Shown piece by piece: positions 11,470 through 25,402 of a DNA stretch of 64,000 nt. Under the pieces are notes generated by a model. That model saw only the letters and a list, made by a program, of their open reading frames with translations. It did not search any database and was not told the origin of the DNA. The stretch spans positions 55,988,001 to 56,052,000 of the forward strand of contig NC_058382.1 in NCBI RefSeq assembly GCF_018350175.1, in the 5' to 3' direction. Both the position numbers and the translations under genes were made by a program. This DNA is from Felis catus (taxonomy: Eukaryota). Positions within the stretch are counted from its first letter, which is position 1, and every line of letters begins with the position of its first letter.

Positions 11470-13499
11470 AAAAAAAGACTTTCTGATTCCCCCAAGACCA
11501 AGTGAGTTCACTCCACTGTGCACATTTTTTCTTGCAACACTTGCCTTAATTATAGTTAAGTGATGAATTTTTTGGTGGGTTATTCTCTTTCACCAAAAGA
11601 ATGCAAATATCTCCAGCTAAAAATGACCCATTTCTTTATCATCGTGTCTTTGGAGCCCAACCCAGTTTCTTGAAAATAGTGGGTACTGAATATATCTGTA
11701 GCTCAACTGAGGAAAACAAAAACAAAAATGGGCTCTTAAGAATTTCAGCATCAACTCCGTCCCACCCAAGTTAAGTATAAATTCAGTAAGTTAAGTAATA
11801 AATGGCTACACTCTACTATAACACATTTGAAACTGTCTGGAGGCCCTAGTCATTGTGCAAATCGATGCCCACTTTCTGCAGGTATAGTAATTATTTCTCA
11901 TATTGTTATTGACTGTCTCTTTAAATTCCAGCCAGGACAAATCTATTTCTCAAGCTGTTGTAAATGATGTGAAGAGGAAGGTGAATGGAATGGAATGAAG
12001 ATTGTTTAAAAGAAATTTCTCCTCCCCCACCCTGGTCAAGAAATGAGTGGTCATTGGCCACCAAACCATCCCAAGTTAAAGCTAGAAGCATTTTTCGTCC
12101 CATTTACTAGTGACTGCACTCATCCAAGTGCTGATTTCCAAAGACTTATATAATGCTGACTGACAGCACATACTTTCAGATACACCAGGATTCTATTTAC
12201 TTGCTTTGGATTTCTGGTTTTGAGGAGGAATGGTGTCAGGTAGCTAAGGATAAGCTAAGAGTCTGGGATCCTGTTTTGGAGGAAGAATCGTGTTGGGAGC
12301 ATGGGGGGAGCGCCCATAGGGAATTTAAAATTAAGTTTAGTGTCCCAGAGGGAGGAATGGAGGCGAAGCTCTCCTAGGCAGCATTGTCTCTGTGTCTTTT
12401 TTCTGCTTTCCCTACATAAAGCAAATCTAAGCATGTAACCAGGTGTATTCCACAGGTATGTTCTACAGTGCATGGGCAATTGTTTCTATCAACTGTGATA
12501 AAGTCTTCAAGAATGGCACAGTGAAATTTACATCTCCACATGCTCAGCCAGTGGAAGGACATGTGGAGAGTGACGCCCCTGGTCCTCCCCAGTGTGTCAC
12601 TGCTTATTTGGAGGCCAGGCACACAAATTTATCAGACCATCAGTGGGCACAGAGTGAGCACTAATAAACAGTCATTGTAATTCTTTTGTTTTTCTTATTA
12701 GAATCTCTTTCAGCTATACGAAAAAAAAAAAAAGTCATGTATATGTGAGGTTTGATTAAAGGCATCTGATGACCCAGTTTTTAAACATGATCTTTGTATG
12801 ATCCTGATAGGATGCTGACCAAGGGCAAGAGCTAGTGATCCAGCTGATTATAGCTCCCATGTACAGAGTGGTTTCTGGATGACAGAAAGGAGTGTTTCTC
12901 ATAGTCATGATCATATGATATGTTCAATGCTATGACTTGAAACTGAGTCTTACATGTGAGGAAACTGAGGCTTAGGCTATACACACACACACACAAGGTC
13001 ATTAACTAGTAGGTAACTCACCTGGGGTTTAAAACTCAGGGATCTTGCTGTTCCCTTTTGGCTTATACTTTTAATCACTTTGCTCTACTGGGATATAAAA
13101 GGTGAAAGAAACCTCTTAGAACTTGCGAAGAACAGATACACATACACGCATACCAAAAACTGGAGGAAATCTTGAATTACCTAATTGTTTATCACTTTTT
13201 CATTCATTAAACAAATGTTTACTTAGTGATTATCTTGTACTAGTCAGTGTTAAGCGCCTCAAGGCAGACAAAATCCCCACCTTGACTGAACTTCACTTCT
13301 TAATGAGGAAGGTGGAGGGTAAACAGAGCAATAAATAAAATAGAGTATGTCAGATACACTAAGTGCCATAGAAAAAATACAAGATGGGAAAGAGGCAAGC
13401 AGTATTGGGGGTTGGAATTTCAAGAGTGGTCAAAGAAAGAAACATTTGCGTCAGGACAGGAAGGAAGTGAGGAAGCCAGCCATGTGACAATCTAGGGGA

Positions 13500-13716
13500 G
13501 AGGTCCATAAACCAGTCTATGGACCAAGTCCTGCCCACCACCTATTTTTATAAATAAGTTTCATTGGAACAAAGATGGATGCCCATTAGTTTTTATATGG
13601 TCTGTGACTGTTTTCATGCTAAAATGGCAGAGTCGAGTAGTTGACACAGAGATTTTGTGGCCTGCAAAGCCTGAAGTATTTACTATTTGGCCCTTTACAG
13701 AAGTTGTCTACCTCTG
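13500..13716 (-). mobile_element. hAT-Charlie MER58A-like element
   Basis: TATTTTTATAAATAAGTTTCATTGGAAC..GGCAGAGTCGAGTAGTTG..GGCCTGCAAAGCCTGAAGTATTTACTATTTGGCCCTTTACAGAA. Confidence 0.8.
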
Positions 13717-14006
13717 ATCAGGGCCAAGAGGTTTCTAGGCAGAGGATACCAAGAGCAAATGCAAAAGTCTGGTGATGGGAGCGTGCCCCACGTGTTTGAG
13801 AAGGTGGGTGTGGCTAGAGCAGAGTGAACAATGGGTGAGTTGGAGGAAATAAAGTCAGAGAGTGGAAGGCCCATCCTGGGGGGCCTTGTGGGTCATTGTA
13901 AGACCTCTGAAGACAGTGGAAAGATAGGGATGGTTCTGAGTAGGGGGGGAGTCCTGATTATACTTATAGTTACCAGGATGACTCAGGCTGTTTGTGATAC
14001 ACAGCC

Positions 14007-14390
14007 TGTCACAAGTTGGGGAAACAACCTGGAATTTAGCATGCAGGATGTTTCTGACCCCTCAGGGTCAACTGCTGTGGAAAGGAGGGGCAGGAAGCCT
14101 GAGTGGGCAGAAGGAGAGGTCCAGCTATGATGCAGCCTAACAATCATATAAGAACTTCAGAATTGTCCCTATTCGGCCTGAGTTGGCCAGGCCGTTATGC
14201 TTTGGTGTCGATCAGTCATTGAACATAAGTTGTTCAATGGTGATGACAATCACAATGAAGGAGCCTGACCTAGGCAATGCCTGAAGGGCTGACAGCTGAG
14301 GACTCTTTGCTGACTATACTCCCAGAAGCTGAGACAGTGGGACCTCCATTTAAATTAGGATCTCGGTGGCACATTGTAGTGCCCACTGCA
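14007..14390 (-). mobile_element. ERVL solo LTR (LTR33-like)
   Basis: GGGCAGAAGGAGAGGTCCAGCTATGATGCAG..CTTCAGAATTGTCCC..CAGTCATTG..GGATCTCGGTGGCACATTGTAGTGCCCACTGCA. Confidence 0.65.
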
Positions 14391-16723
14391 TAGAGGATAT
14401 GGGGAGCAAGAGATAAAACAAGATTAATAAGTAGGCTACTCAGTAATCTGAGACCTGAAGGTGGCTTGAGCCAGGACGACAGCAGGCAAATTATGAATAT
14501 TTTCAGAAGTTAGAGCCTTCATATATATTCTTCATGCCTTAAGATCATCTTAGAGAAGTAAAGGGGACTAAGTAAAGGGAAAATCTCTAAGGATGTAGTC
14601 CAAGTCATAAAGTCTCTGAATTTAATCATTATTGTCTATGGTTGGTCTTTGGTTCAGTTTAACCTGGGATCATTTTTTTTTTTTTTTTATCCAGGATGTA
14701 TAGTCAAAATGTGATGCTCCGATGATCTCCATGGGATAGAACTTGTCACGGGAGACAGGGCAAGTCCTTGTCACATGGCCGGGTCTGTCCCAGCAGTGAC
14801 TATACTATTCATAGACTGGCCAACAGGAATATTGTATTGCTAAACTTGGCATGAAACAATACAGTTATTTATGCACCTTCATGGCATAGAGTATTGCCTT
14901 GGATTTGAGATTCTGCTAGGGCTACACGGGTGGGCAAATCAACAAATTGTATTCCATCATGTATCTCCAATCTGACAGAGCCCTGTGTATAATGGGAAGA
15001 GTGAGCTCGTAGATTTTAGCACATATATTGCAGCATGATGTGGTGTGACACAGTGTCTATGAACCATGTGGGGTGAAATGGAAGGTTTAAAAGGATTCCA
15101 ATTTCATTATCCCACTGTGATCAGAGGAAAGCCGAGACTGAAATGTCGCCACCCAATAAAGCACTTTATCAAATTCCCTCCCTGTTCTGCCAAAGAAAGC
15201 TATCTGCTGGGTAGCCTGTTTAGCAAGTTGCTTTTTTCACTCAGGTGCCCAGCCAGCCAATGGAGTCTAGCAGACTTTGCTTCCAGTGTGTGTGGCTTGG
15301 CTATTTATGAGATTGACAATATGAGAAAAACCAGATTCTACATTCCCGAGGCTGAGTGAGAGGCTACTCGGCTCATCTGAATGCGCTGAGCTGGTCAGGC
15401 TAGCCCTGGAAAATTTGCAGGAGTGAAATGAGAGCCAATGGGAGTTATTTATAAAAAATCTAAATTGCACAGGAAATTAATTCCCTTGAGTTTCCAAACC
15501 AGTCAGTGAGCCCCACTGTGCCTCTGTTGTCTACGTCCCTTCCTCATTTAGGGCTGGTGGAAGTCCGTTTGTTGACTTGTTTTTTTCCTCTTTAGACTGA
15601 CAGTAGATGGAGGAACACCCAGGGTGGAATGGGCACACGAGAGGGAGTGATTAACTTGATCCTGGGGGTTGAAGAAAGCTTCCTCAAAGAAGCAAATGCC
15701 TAAGGTTAGGCCCCAACTGATGGCCTAAACAAAACGAATCGAGCTAATGGCCTTGATAAACAGAACATTGCAGTACACAGTGCCATGTGCAAAAGCCCAT
15801 GTCTCGCTCTGCATCATATTCCAGTGCCTGGTAGTAGTAGGAACCCATTACGTGTTTGTTGAATTAGAGTCCCTGGTGTACTATTTTTCTCTCAACTCAT
15901 TGCCTTCCATTCAAGTCTTCTTTAGTTAATCCTCTACTAATATTATTGTTTTGTCATCTCTCGCCCCAACAAAGTTTTAGAAAAATGAGGCTGAGCCGTC
16001 ACTACCTCCATCTCTTTATGACGCACTCACCCTTTTGCCCCTTTGAGCAATTTGATGTGATATCCACCTGCATCACTTTAGGAGAAGGGCTCTCGTGATG
16101 GTCATCCCAGACCTCCACGATGCCTGGTCCAGTGGCCACTTTCAGGCTCTTTGTCCTCAACCCTTTTATTGTGTTGTTGTCAGTTGGTTCCCAACTTTCT
16201 GTCCCTCTTATGTTAGCATTGGTTTAAAGTATCCTGTCATAGTTTTATTTAGGAGATAATGTCTAAATCTCTATATTCATCCCTGAATACTAGAATAGTT
16301 TTTCTTGGGTGCTGAGCATCTGGATATCCCAAAGGCATACAAACTCAGCATGTCAAGAACCAAACTTATTCTGATTTTTTTATTTGTGTTTAAAATTATT
16401 GCCACTCACTGAATCATCTAGGCTGAGGACAAAGGGTCAAGATGGAGCTTTCTCTCACTCTTCCCCCTTTGATACCCTCCGTGTTGACCTGTGGTCATAT
16501 CTTGTCAACTCACCCATTTCTTTATTTCTCTTGCTTGCCTTTCCATGCCATTTCCATTTCACCGCTCCCCCCCCCCCCACCCGCCACACACACACCCCGT
16601 TGTGTGATACCACAGGGTCTGTGTTACCTCCCGCTGGACAAAAGAAATACAAGCACAGAAATATGTTTCCTTATTGTGGAAGGGGAGTGGTGATACGATG
16701 TCTATTTCAAAATGATCTTACTA

Positions 16724-16925
16724 GGGGTGCCTGGGTGGCTTAGTCATTTAAGCATCCAACTTCAGCTCAGGTCATGATTTCACGTTCCGTGGGTTCGAGC
16801 CCTGCATCAGGCTCTGTGCTGACAGCTCAGAGCCTGGAGCCTGCTTTGTATTCTGTGTCTCCCTTGCTCTCTGCCCCTCCCCTGCCCATGCTCTGTCTCT
16901 CCCTCTCTCTCAAAAATAAACATAA
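16724..16925 (+). mobile_element. Can-SINE
   Basis: Head, CT tract, tail; TSD AAAATGATCTTACT / AAAATGATTTTACT. Confidence 0.93.
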
Positions 16926-17221
16926 AAAATGATTTTACTGTTAATCAATCAAAGATATAAACAGTGTCCCAGAGAATGCCCCATAAATCTTGGGTTTCAT
17001 TCTTAAGCAATATATTCCAATGCAGAAAGGGGCCACAGATGGTAGGAATTTAAGGGTGGCTTCCCAAATTTCTTGTTTGATTCCTGAGCTCTGCCCCCAG
17101 ATTGCAGAGATTTAATCCTGCAGAACCTGTTCCGGGTTCCACAGAGAGCACCTTCCCACTACCTCCCCACCACTCTTCTCCTTCTCTTCCTCCATGAACT
17201 TTACATTCTTTCACTGCATTA

Positions 17222-17450
17222 TTTTTCTTTTTTAAAAAACAGGTTGAGATATAATCAATATACAAAACACTGCACATCTTTAATGTATAAAATTGGATGT
17301 GCTGTGTGTATGCATATACCCATGAAACCATCATGACAGTCAAGGTTAACGTACCTCCATCACCTCCAAAATTTCCTCATGCCCTTCCCCCGTTTCTTGA
17401 GGAAGAGTCCTTGACATGAGATCTACCCTTTTAACAATTTTTAAAAAGTG
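17222..17450 (-). mobile_element. Old L1 (L1MA/MB-like) 3' UTR fragment
   Basis: TTGAGATATAAT..CTGCACATCTTTAATGTATA..CATGAAACCATCA..CATCACCTCCAAAA..CATGAGATCTACCCTTTTAAC. Confidence 0.7.
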
Positions 17451-17892
17451 TTTGATATGTTAGAATGTATTCATCTTATGTAGCCACCCACTTAGGACGC
17501 GTCCACCAGATTCTATGTGAATCTATCCTTCAGGATGGCTCAGAGTTGTCACGACTCTATTGGAGTCTCTTGGTAGAAGCTGATGGGTGTTTCATGGTGA
17601 AAGGTGTACATGTATCTACAAAATAATCAGTCTTTTCCTCGGAGAAAATAAACCTGCGTCTCCAGTATCTTATGCTAAAACAGAGTCTGACCTCTCACCT
17701 GACCTGAGTTACATCACAGAGAGCCCCTCAGTTTTTGTTGACATCAGATTCCAGGAAAGTGAAGGTGTGGGCAACCACCTCACAGAAAAAATCCCCTGGT
17801 CGGAGTCCTCACCTCATCTCTCTCTCATTCTAATCCATTCGCTTGACAAAAGGGTGCTTTTAACTCATCATCCTTTTGGTCTAAAACTTTCA

Positions 17893-18106
17893 GGGGCGCC
17901 TGGGTGGCGCAGTCGGTTAAGCGTCCGACTTCAGCCAGGTCACGATCTCGCGGTCCGTGAGTTCGAGCCCCGCGTCAGGCTCTGGGCTGATGGCTCAGAG
18001 CCTGGAGCCTGTTTCTGATTCTGTGTCTCCCTCTCTCTCTGCCCCTCCCCTGTTCATGCTCTGTCTCTCTCTGTCCCAAAAATAAATAAACGTTGAAAAA
18101 AAAAAT
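17893..18106 (+). mobile_element. Felid Can-SINE, young subfamily
   Basis: GGTGGCGCAGTCGG and TTCAGCCAGGTCACG variants, CpG-rich; TSD TAAAACTTTCA (17882-17892) / TAAAACTTTTG (18107-18117). Confidence 0.95.
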
Positions 18107-18632
18107 TAAAACTTTTGGTGGCTCCCAAGCTGTTTCCAAATTCCTTAGCCAGGAATTATGTGAAATTATCAAAGAAGCAGTTAGAAAAATATGTTTATTA
18201 TCCTACCTTTTGGAAACAAAGCTTCACCAGTCTCCATTCCTAGAAGCTATGCACTACCATTTAGGGTATGATTGCCACCTACAGTCATTCTGCAATTGCC
18301 CTAACTGCATACAATTTTATTATTTTCAATAAATGTGATTTAACTATTAGCTATTCCTAACTAGGTGTGATTAACTATTACACTTCTGGTAATCTTGTAA
18401 ATCAGGAAGCAAAGTCCTTTTCAGACAATGTGCCTGATTGGTGGGTTTAGGAAAGCTGTCCATCCTGCTTCAAGAAAAAGATATAATTCCTACCAAAATT
18501 GTGCTGGATGTCCCAGCCCCAAAGAGACAGGTCTCACCTATAAAGGGAAGGAATTACCTACTAAGAACTCTTATTTCAGTTCATATTTAGAGGCCTTTTA
18601 AATCAATGAATCTGCTCTCCCTCAGACTTTTT

Positions 18633-18816
18633 CTTTGTTGTTTTTTTTTTAAGTTTATTTTTTATTTTGAGAGAGAGAAGGGAATGGGTAGAGAGAGAGG
18701 AAAGATAGAATCCTAAGCAGGCTCCTCAGCGGGGCTTAGTCTCACCAACCATGAGATCATGACTTGAGGTGAAATTGAGAGTTGGATACTTAACCAGCTG
18801 AGCCACCCAGGTGCCC
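18633..18816 (-). mobile_element. Can-SINE with internal deletion
   Basis: T-rich tail, GA tract, ends CTGAGCCACCCAGGTGCCC. Confidence 0.88.
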
Positions 18817-19829
18817 GGGCCACAGACCTTTTAAAGATTCATCATGAAATATGCTTTGTTTCCCTAAATTAAAAAGTAAGAGAAAGTGAAGTAACAGTTT
18901 ATAAAGGAAAGAAATCATTTAAGCTTACTTATATTCCCTGTTTAAGTAATGAAGAAGATTCCAATTATTTATTTAAAAAAATGTTGGAAGAGAAAGTGCC
19001 TGTAACTACTTAAAATAATTTAAATCTTGGTTCAATCCTATTTCAGAAAACCTTCGCCTTTGTAAAAGAAAAGGGAAATGCAGTGACATTCAGACTTTTG
19101 TCAGCCTTTTCAAAATATTAACAAGTTTAAAAAAAAGTTCGTTCTGAATTGTGAGGTAAATATATGACACCTGTAATATTTACCTAAATAGTGTGCATTC
19201 AGAATGGAATATTGTTTAATCTCTTTTAACTTTCAAAGAACCTTTCTTTTCTCTGAAAGAACACTTGAACTTCTCGCATTTGCTATATGTGAAAAATATG
19301 TCAAACGCACAGATTCTATATCTTCTGATATTCTAAACTAATTATTCCTTAATTTGCATGTAAAGGCAAATTACAACCTGATAGGCCATTTCCCTAGCAA
19401 TCCTTTCTTTGTCTTAATGAACAGAACGAGGAGGCCTATTGCCTGGTTTAAAAGCCTCCATACCACACAACAAATTGCTGCTTATCTATAACATTATCAG
19501 AAAGAGACCACTAAGATGCAAATATTCTTATTTATAGCAGGGAACTGAGCTCATGTCTGTCCATTTAGTGTTTTATTATAATGCATGTCAGCCCAGCAGA
19601 ATCAATAGTTAATTGATTTCTTATGTTCAACTTTAATTCTGGATGGAAATTTACCAGCAACTTCTAGCTGATGAGATGATGTCCTGCAGTTGGAAGGACT
19701 GGGCTACATTCAGTTATTACAGACTTCCAGTTGTATTATCCCATTTTCCAGATAATGCACAGGGTATTGTTCAATCCATGTTCTTTAGATGTGTCTTTAA
19801 CAAAGATGGGCTGTATCTAGAAATTAAAA

Positions 19830-20145
19830 GAGTAGAAGCTGTTGCCATCATAAGGCTACATAACAAACCAGGCTAAAACTCAGTGCCTTACAGATTTCAG
19901 GTCAGCCAACAGGTTGGCTGATCTAGGCTGGCTTAGCTGAGGTTGGCTCCAAACTGTGGGTTTTATTCAGGTCTGTTCCAGGTGTGTCTATTCTTCTGGA
20001 AAAGTGGGATCCCTGGGGCACGTCTTTTCCTGGTGGAGGCTGACAGTTCCCAGACTGGCATGTAGAAACACAGGGCACTTCTTGGAGAACAGACAGAAAC
20101 TGGCATATGATCACTGCTACCCACTGGCCAAAGAACGTCATTTGG
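19830..20145 (-). mobile_element. ERVL-MaLR LTR fragment (MLT1H/I-like)
   Basis: CATAACAAACCA..AAAACTCAGTGCCTTA..GGCTGATCTAGGCTGGCTTAGCTG..CAGAAACTGGCATATGATCACT..TGGCCAAAG. Confidence 0.65.
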
Positions 20146-20850
20146 GAAAAAAGTAATGCTTTCTGTCATCTCTCTTGTGTTTTAGGATATTTTTTAAAGG
20201 AATGATTATTCAAAAGGGCCCTCTGCTTCATGCCTGTATCTTTTAGAGTAAATATATCAATCACTCTACTTTGAATAGTGCAAGCTAAAAGTATCTTGCA
20301 TTATCTTTGCCCTGATTGTCTCATTACCAAAATGACCTCAGATCTTCCTTTCCCTCTGCTTTCTAAAACCCAAAACTTATCATGTCCATTCTCTGCTCAA
20401 GATCACGTCAGTGAATCCATGTTTCCCACTGATATAGCTCAAACCCTTGGCTGGCTTTATAATATCCTTCCTAATAGGTTCATTTTCTCGTCCATCGGTC
20501 TCTGCTGGGACTCCCTCTTTCCTCTTCCACCTGCCTGGTGAATTCTTGCTCATTTATCAGAGCCCAGCTGAAAGTACAACTTCTGTATATCCTTCACTGC
20601 ATATTCTCCCCCGGAGAGTTTTCTCCTTCCTTCTTTGTGGTTTCCTAGCATGTTATACCTACTTCCATATAGCACTTACAATAACAGATTGGAATTAGTC
20701 ATACACATGTCTCTTTTTCTACTAGCCTGCAAAATCCTTGAAGATGGGGGTCCATGTCTTATTAATTTCTTATCCTTGGTACTTATCTCTGTGCTTGTAC
20801 CATGGTAGACTTCAGATAAGGCGGTTGTACCAAACTGATGGAGATTTTCT

Positions 20851-21060
20851 TTTCTTTTTATGTTTATTTATTTTTGAGAGAGACAGAGGCAGAATGGTAG
20901 TGGGTTAGGGGCAGAGAGAGAGGAAGACACAGAATCCGAAGCAGGCCCCAGGCTCCAAGCTGTCAGCACAGAGCCCGATGCGGGGCTGGAACTCAGAGTT
21001 ATGAGATCATGACCTGAGCTGAAGTCAGATGCTCAACCGACTGAGCCACCCAGGTCCCTC
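20851..21060 (-). mobile_element. Can-SINE
   Basis: Full reverse copy; TSD GATGGAGATTTTCT (20837-20850 / 21063-21076). Confidence 0.93.
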
Positions 21061-21079
21061 AAGATGGAGATTTTCTAAA

Positions 21080-21825
21080 TGGCTTTTAAAAAAAGAACTA
21101 AAAATGGCCCATGGCACAAGTAGGTATGTTCAACCTCACTAATAATTAAACTATAAAAAGCAAATGAAAATATAGGAGATGCCATTTTTACTTTTCAAAT
21201 TGGCAATTATGTTTTTAAAAAGCTAAAACATGCTGTGTAAGAATATGGATATCTGGAATTGCCTATGGGAGTCTTAATGACAACTTTCAGCAATTTTTGT
21301 CATTATGTTTCAGAATACCTGAATATATTCATATGTGTTGACCTGGAAATCTGATTTCACAAGATTCATCAAAGGGAAATAGAGATGTGAAAAAATTTCA
21401 TATAGGGTCATTGATGGAAGCATCATTCATAATAGGAAGAATAGAAACACTAAATTTCTAAGATGGGATGGATTAAATAAAGGTGTAGATATAAAATTGA
21501 GTAAGAAAGTCCGAGACTGTTAAGAGGGATGGCTAATAAAATGGGGGAATTGTTTACTAGATATTTTCCAAAAGATAAATTAGGTTCTAAAACAGTGTTC
21601 AGATCATACTGTATGATGCCAATTTTGTAAACTATAGAGGACTACTGATACTTGCATCCTATCAGAGCAAAAAAGTGAACTTGAAGGAAATACAGCAAAA
21701 CATTAATAGTGGTTACATGCAGGTGTAGTGATCACAGGGTGACCTTAATTTATGTTTACACTTTTGTCCAAGTTCTCAAATTTTCCATAATGAGTGCACA
21801 TATAATATTTATAGTAATTGAAAAG
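21080..21825 (+). mobile_element. Ancient L1 (L1ME-like) ORF2 end / 3' UTR fragment
   Basis: ATGTTCAACCTCACTAATAATTAAA..GAGATGCCATTTTT..GAAGGAAATACAGCAAAACATTAATAGTGGTTA; highly degenerate. Confidence 0.6.
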
Positions 21826-23177
21826 ATCTGAAATATTTTTTCTTAACATATGATACAGTAACTTGTATTGTTAAGTGGGCTCGGGAGAACTCTAAACTAT
21901 CGATAAAAAGTAGCACGTACCTTTATATGTGAGTTCTGGTAGTTTTGAGCCTTCACATTTGTTTATTTATAGAATGGCTTCCATTTTTCTTCTGTAATTA
22001 ACTAAGCCCTGAAATGAATTATCTAAACAAAATTCTTACTATAAATGTGAACTCCTGTTTTCACTAATGTAATTGTACCTGAGTGAGAGTGACAGCAACA
22101 AGGAATATAAAAGAAGATAAAGTGGAAATATGATGTATATTTTCCCTCTGCATAATTGTAACTTAGAAGAATGCATGCTTCCAGCAGAAAAGTAATTTAA
22201 ATTATATCACAACAAATGCCATATTTTAAAATAGAAACTATCCATCATGCACTGAGTAAAACTGTAGCAAGCAACCTGTAAGTCTTGAGAATATACTGAA
22301 AATTCCTCCATGGGTCCATTAAAAATAAATTGATTGGTTTAATTCCAGCACATGCTGAAATAAAGTATAAAGGACATAATATAATTTTAAGTGCATAAAG
22401 TTACTAATTACACATTTAGAAAAAATAGGTAAGATAATCAGTAACCATTACAGTTTTTTTTCTTGTAGATATATTGAAAGCTGTGCAATGTAAACAGAAT
22501 AGTGTAATAAGTTCCATGTATCTATCACCTATACCATTTTTTTTCTTTCTTTTTTGGCATCATCTCTCTTTGGGGATGATTTTAAAAATCTAAAACTTAA
22601 TACTGAATTCTTGTTGGCTTCATCTTGAGGGAAAAACTAGTTTTGAACAAGTGAACATTTTAATATTTGGAGACTAGTACTAATACATATTTTGAAGGCA
22701 TTATTTGGAGTGTCTTGAAACAAATGCACTAGCAAGGGCATTAAAGTTTTTTATCTAGACAAAGAATGGACACATCTTTAAATTCACCTTCACACTTTCA
22801 AATGCAAGCCCAAACACTCAGCATTCTTTTGCTTGGTCAGCATAACAGGTGTGAATGTGGAGAAGAGATCAGGCATTGCTTACCCACCCATCATTAATGT
22901 TATGTTCATTTTGTTTTCCAAATTTCTTCTCTGAATCTTTTACATAAAAGAATCAGACCATATATTTCTTTTTCAAAATAAAAAAAAATTGTTGATTTTG
23001 TAAACATGACATACTTAGACTGTAAAATTGTGTGGGTTTTGTTTGTTTGTTTTTTAAGTTTGGAATGGTTAATTTGCTTCATCCAGCATGTATTAGGCAA
23101 CTACTATTGCCAGGTCCTGTTCTAGACTTGGAGAAGTGTGAACCTGTTTGATAAGAGATCTTGTATGTATGTATGTG

Positions 23178-23405
23178 TTTATTTTTTTATAATGGTTATT
23201 TATTTTGGGGGAGAGGGAGAGAGACAGAGGGCAAGCAGGTTTGGGGCAGGGAGAGAGGAGGAGACACAAAATCTGAAGCAGGCTTCAGGCTCTGAGCTGT
23301 CAGTCAGCACAGAGCCCAACGCGGGGTTGGAACTTGGAAACGGTGAGACCATGACCTGAGCTGAAGTTGGCACTTAACTAACTGACTAAGCCACCCAGGT
23401 GTCCC
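23178..23405 (-). mobile_element. Can-SINE
   Basis: Reverse copy ending AAGCCACCCAGGTGTCCC. Confidence 0.88.
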
Positions 23406-25402
23406 AGGGATCCCATATTTAAAGCACAAAGTTTTCTCCCGTTATTTATTACTGGGGAGGTAAGAGAAGCCTTCACTGAGGAAATCTTGAATTTAGTTTA
23501 CTTCCCTTGATCGCTGAAGCCTGTTTTCCCTCCAGCTCAGCTAGCAGAGTTAGGGTGGTACCCTCTTCCAGCTTCTTTAAAGAATGTCCAGCCACATCCT
23601 TAGAAGTGGTTGGAATGATCCCAGGAAGCAGAGCAAAAGGATAATGGTTTGGGGAGGAATTATAGTAAACTCTGAAAAATGGTGCCTAGCTGAGGTTCTT
23701 ATGTTCTCCCCCTTGTGGTCATTTTTTGCAGTTTGAATGAACCAAAATGTGCATTATCCATGGGTAGTGAGCAGTCGCTTGAGTTGGGGACAGCTTCCTC
23801 TGGTTCCTAGTAGTTTTTGGAACCCAGGAGGGGATTTTGCAAACCCAACTGGTCCAGTTGCTCTATCTATGGCTCACACCTGTCTCTTTTCAGACATAAG
23901 TCTCTGGACTGCTTCAGGATATCCTGTCCTTTCTTCCTTCAACCTCCCTGTCCTTTACTCTTCAAGCTCTAACTTAACACAATTGGAACAAAGATCCCCC
24001 TTCTCATGATTCCTGGATAAACTGTAGTGCCTTTGATCTTTTTGAGCACTTACCATGTTCTAGGCCCTGCAGTCACTGCTCTTACATGTTTTCCCATTTA
24101 AGCCCCACTACTTATTTCATGGACTAGATGCCTTTATATCCTTGAGGTACAGACAAGGAAACCGAGGCATAGATAATTGTGATCACTTGCCCCTAAAATG
24201 GCAGCTTGGCAGTGACACCCAATTGTGTCAGTCTAATCCCTGTGGCTGCCACATGGGGCTGTCTCTCCCAAGACACATAAATAGCGGTGTGGCTCAGGGG
24301 CAGCATCCATAGTCATTATTTTCTTGTGCAGAGAGTGATGAATTTTGAAAGGCTATAATTGTGGCAGAAATGCAGTCTAATGGCAGAGCAACAAAGGATT
24401 AGAGCCCAGATTCAAACTTGGATTCTCTATAGTCTACACATTAATCTACCACACTTTAAAAGCTCTGTGAAACAAAAGGATGTGGTTTGATCAGACTCAG
24501 GCAGTCATGTGGGTGGGACAATGCCCTTCTAAAGATAACAGCTTTGGTTCATGGGGATTTGGGAAGAGATTCAAGCTTCAGTAGCATTTCCTGCCTTAAC
24601 ACATTATTAAAGATATAATTTATAACTCAGGACTGGTTTTGATTTTTTTTTGAACATGATTTTTCTCCCTTAGTAAAGTACTATCAAATCAGTAATAAAG
24701 ACATTACAGAAAACCTAGAAAGAAAAATAGAAGCTAAGACTATGCATAATCCTGCCATCTTGATATCATATTTTTTGTACATTTTTTTAGAATTTTTTGC
24801 ATGATCGTCATCATAGAATACATATAATTTTTAATCTTCTTTTTTTAGATGTAAGTATTTTCCCATGTTTTCACACCTTCTCATAGATGTGACTTTTCAT
24901 GGTGCTATATAATTGAATTAATAACCATAATTTATGGTTCCATTTCCATATTACGAAGTATTTAGCTTTTTCTTTTATTCCCTCTAGTTTGAGGCCGCAA
25001 GGATCAAATTTGGTCTTCATTCATTCTACTTCCAGAGATGATTTGCTGGAAATAAGACTACCAAGTCACTAAGTTCAAATATTTTTGTGGCTTAATGAAT
25101 ACAAATTGTCAATTGTTTTCCAAAACTATTGGCATATTTGATAAGATTGCCAATATAGCCATTTACAAGTTTAAGTAACATTAGCCACTATGGCTTTTAA
25201 ACATAAGTGCTAACCTAATAGACAAAAAATATATATTTGTAAAGACTTTCCTAATCATTCTCAAATAGAGAGGATGGTATTTTTATGTCTTCTAAGTCTA
25301 GGTAAACCTGGAGTTACTTGCATCATGAAAAGCATAGAGTGTCAGTTATTGGTAGAGAAATAGACTCATGAGTTTAGGATTCTTTTCAGGCCAGCCACTT
25401 TA

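Larger units (their letters stand above)
13195..14510 (-). mobile_element. L2 LINE 3' region, interrupted by MER58A-like and LTR33-like insertions
   Basis: CATTCATTAAACAAATGTTTACT terminus, followed by purine-rich L2 motifs (GGAAGTGAGGAAGCCAGCCATG; GTGTGGCTAGAGCAGAGTGA). Confidence 0.7.

Noticed and set aside
14665..14770. Plus-strand T-run acceptor (TTTTATCCAG) with a GC-type donor (CAGG|GCAAGT)
   Set aside because: Stops in all three frames, a non-canonical donor, and the pyrimidine tract is just a homopolymer.
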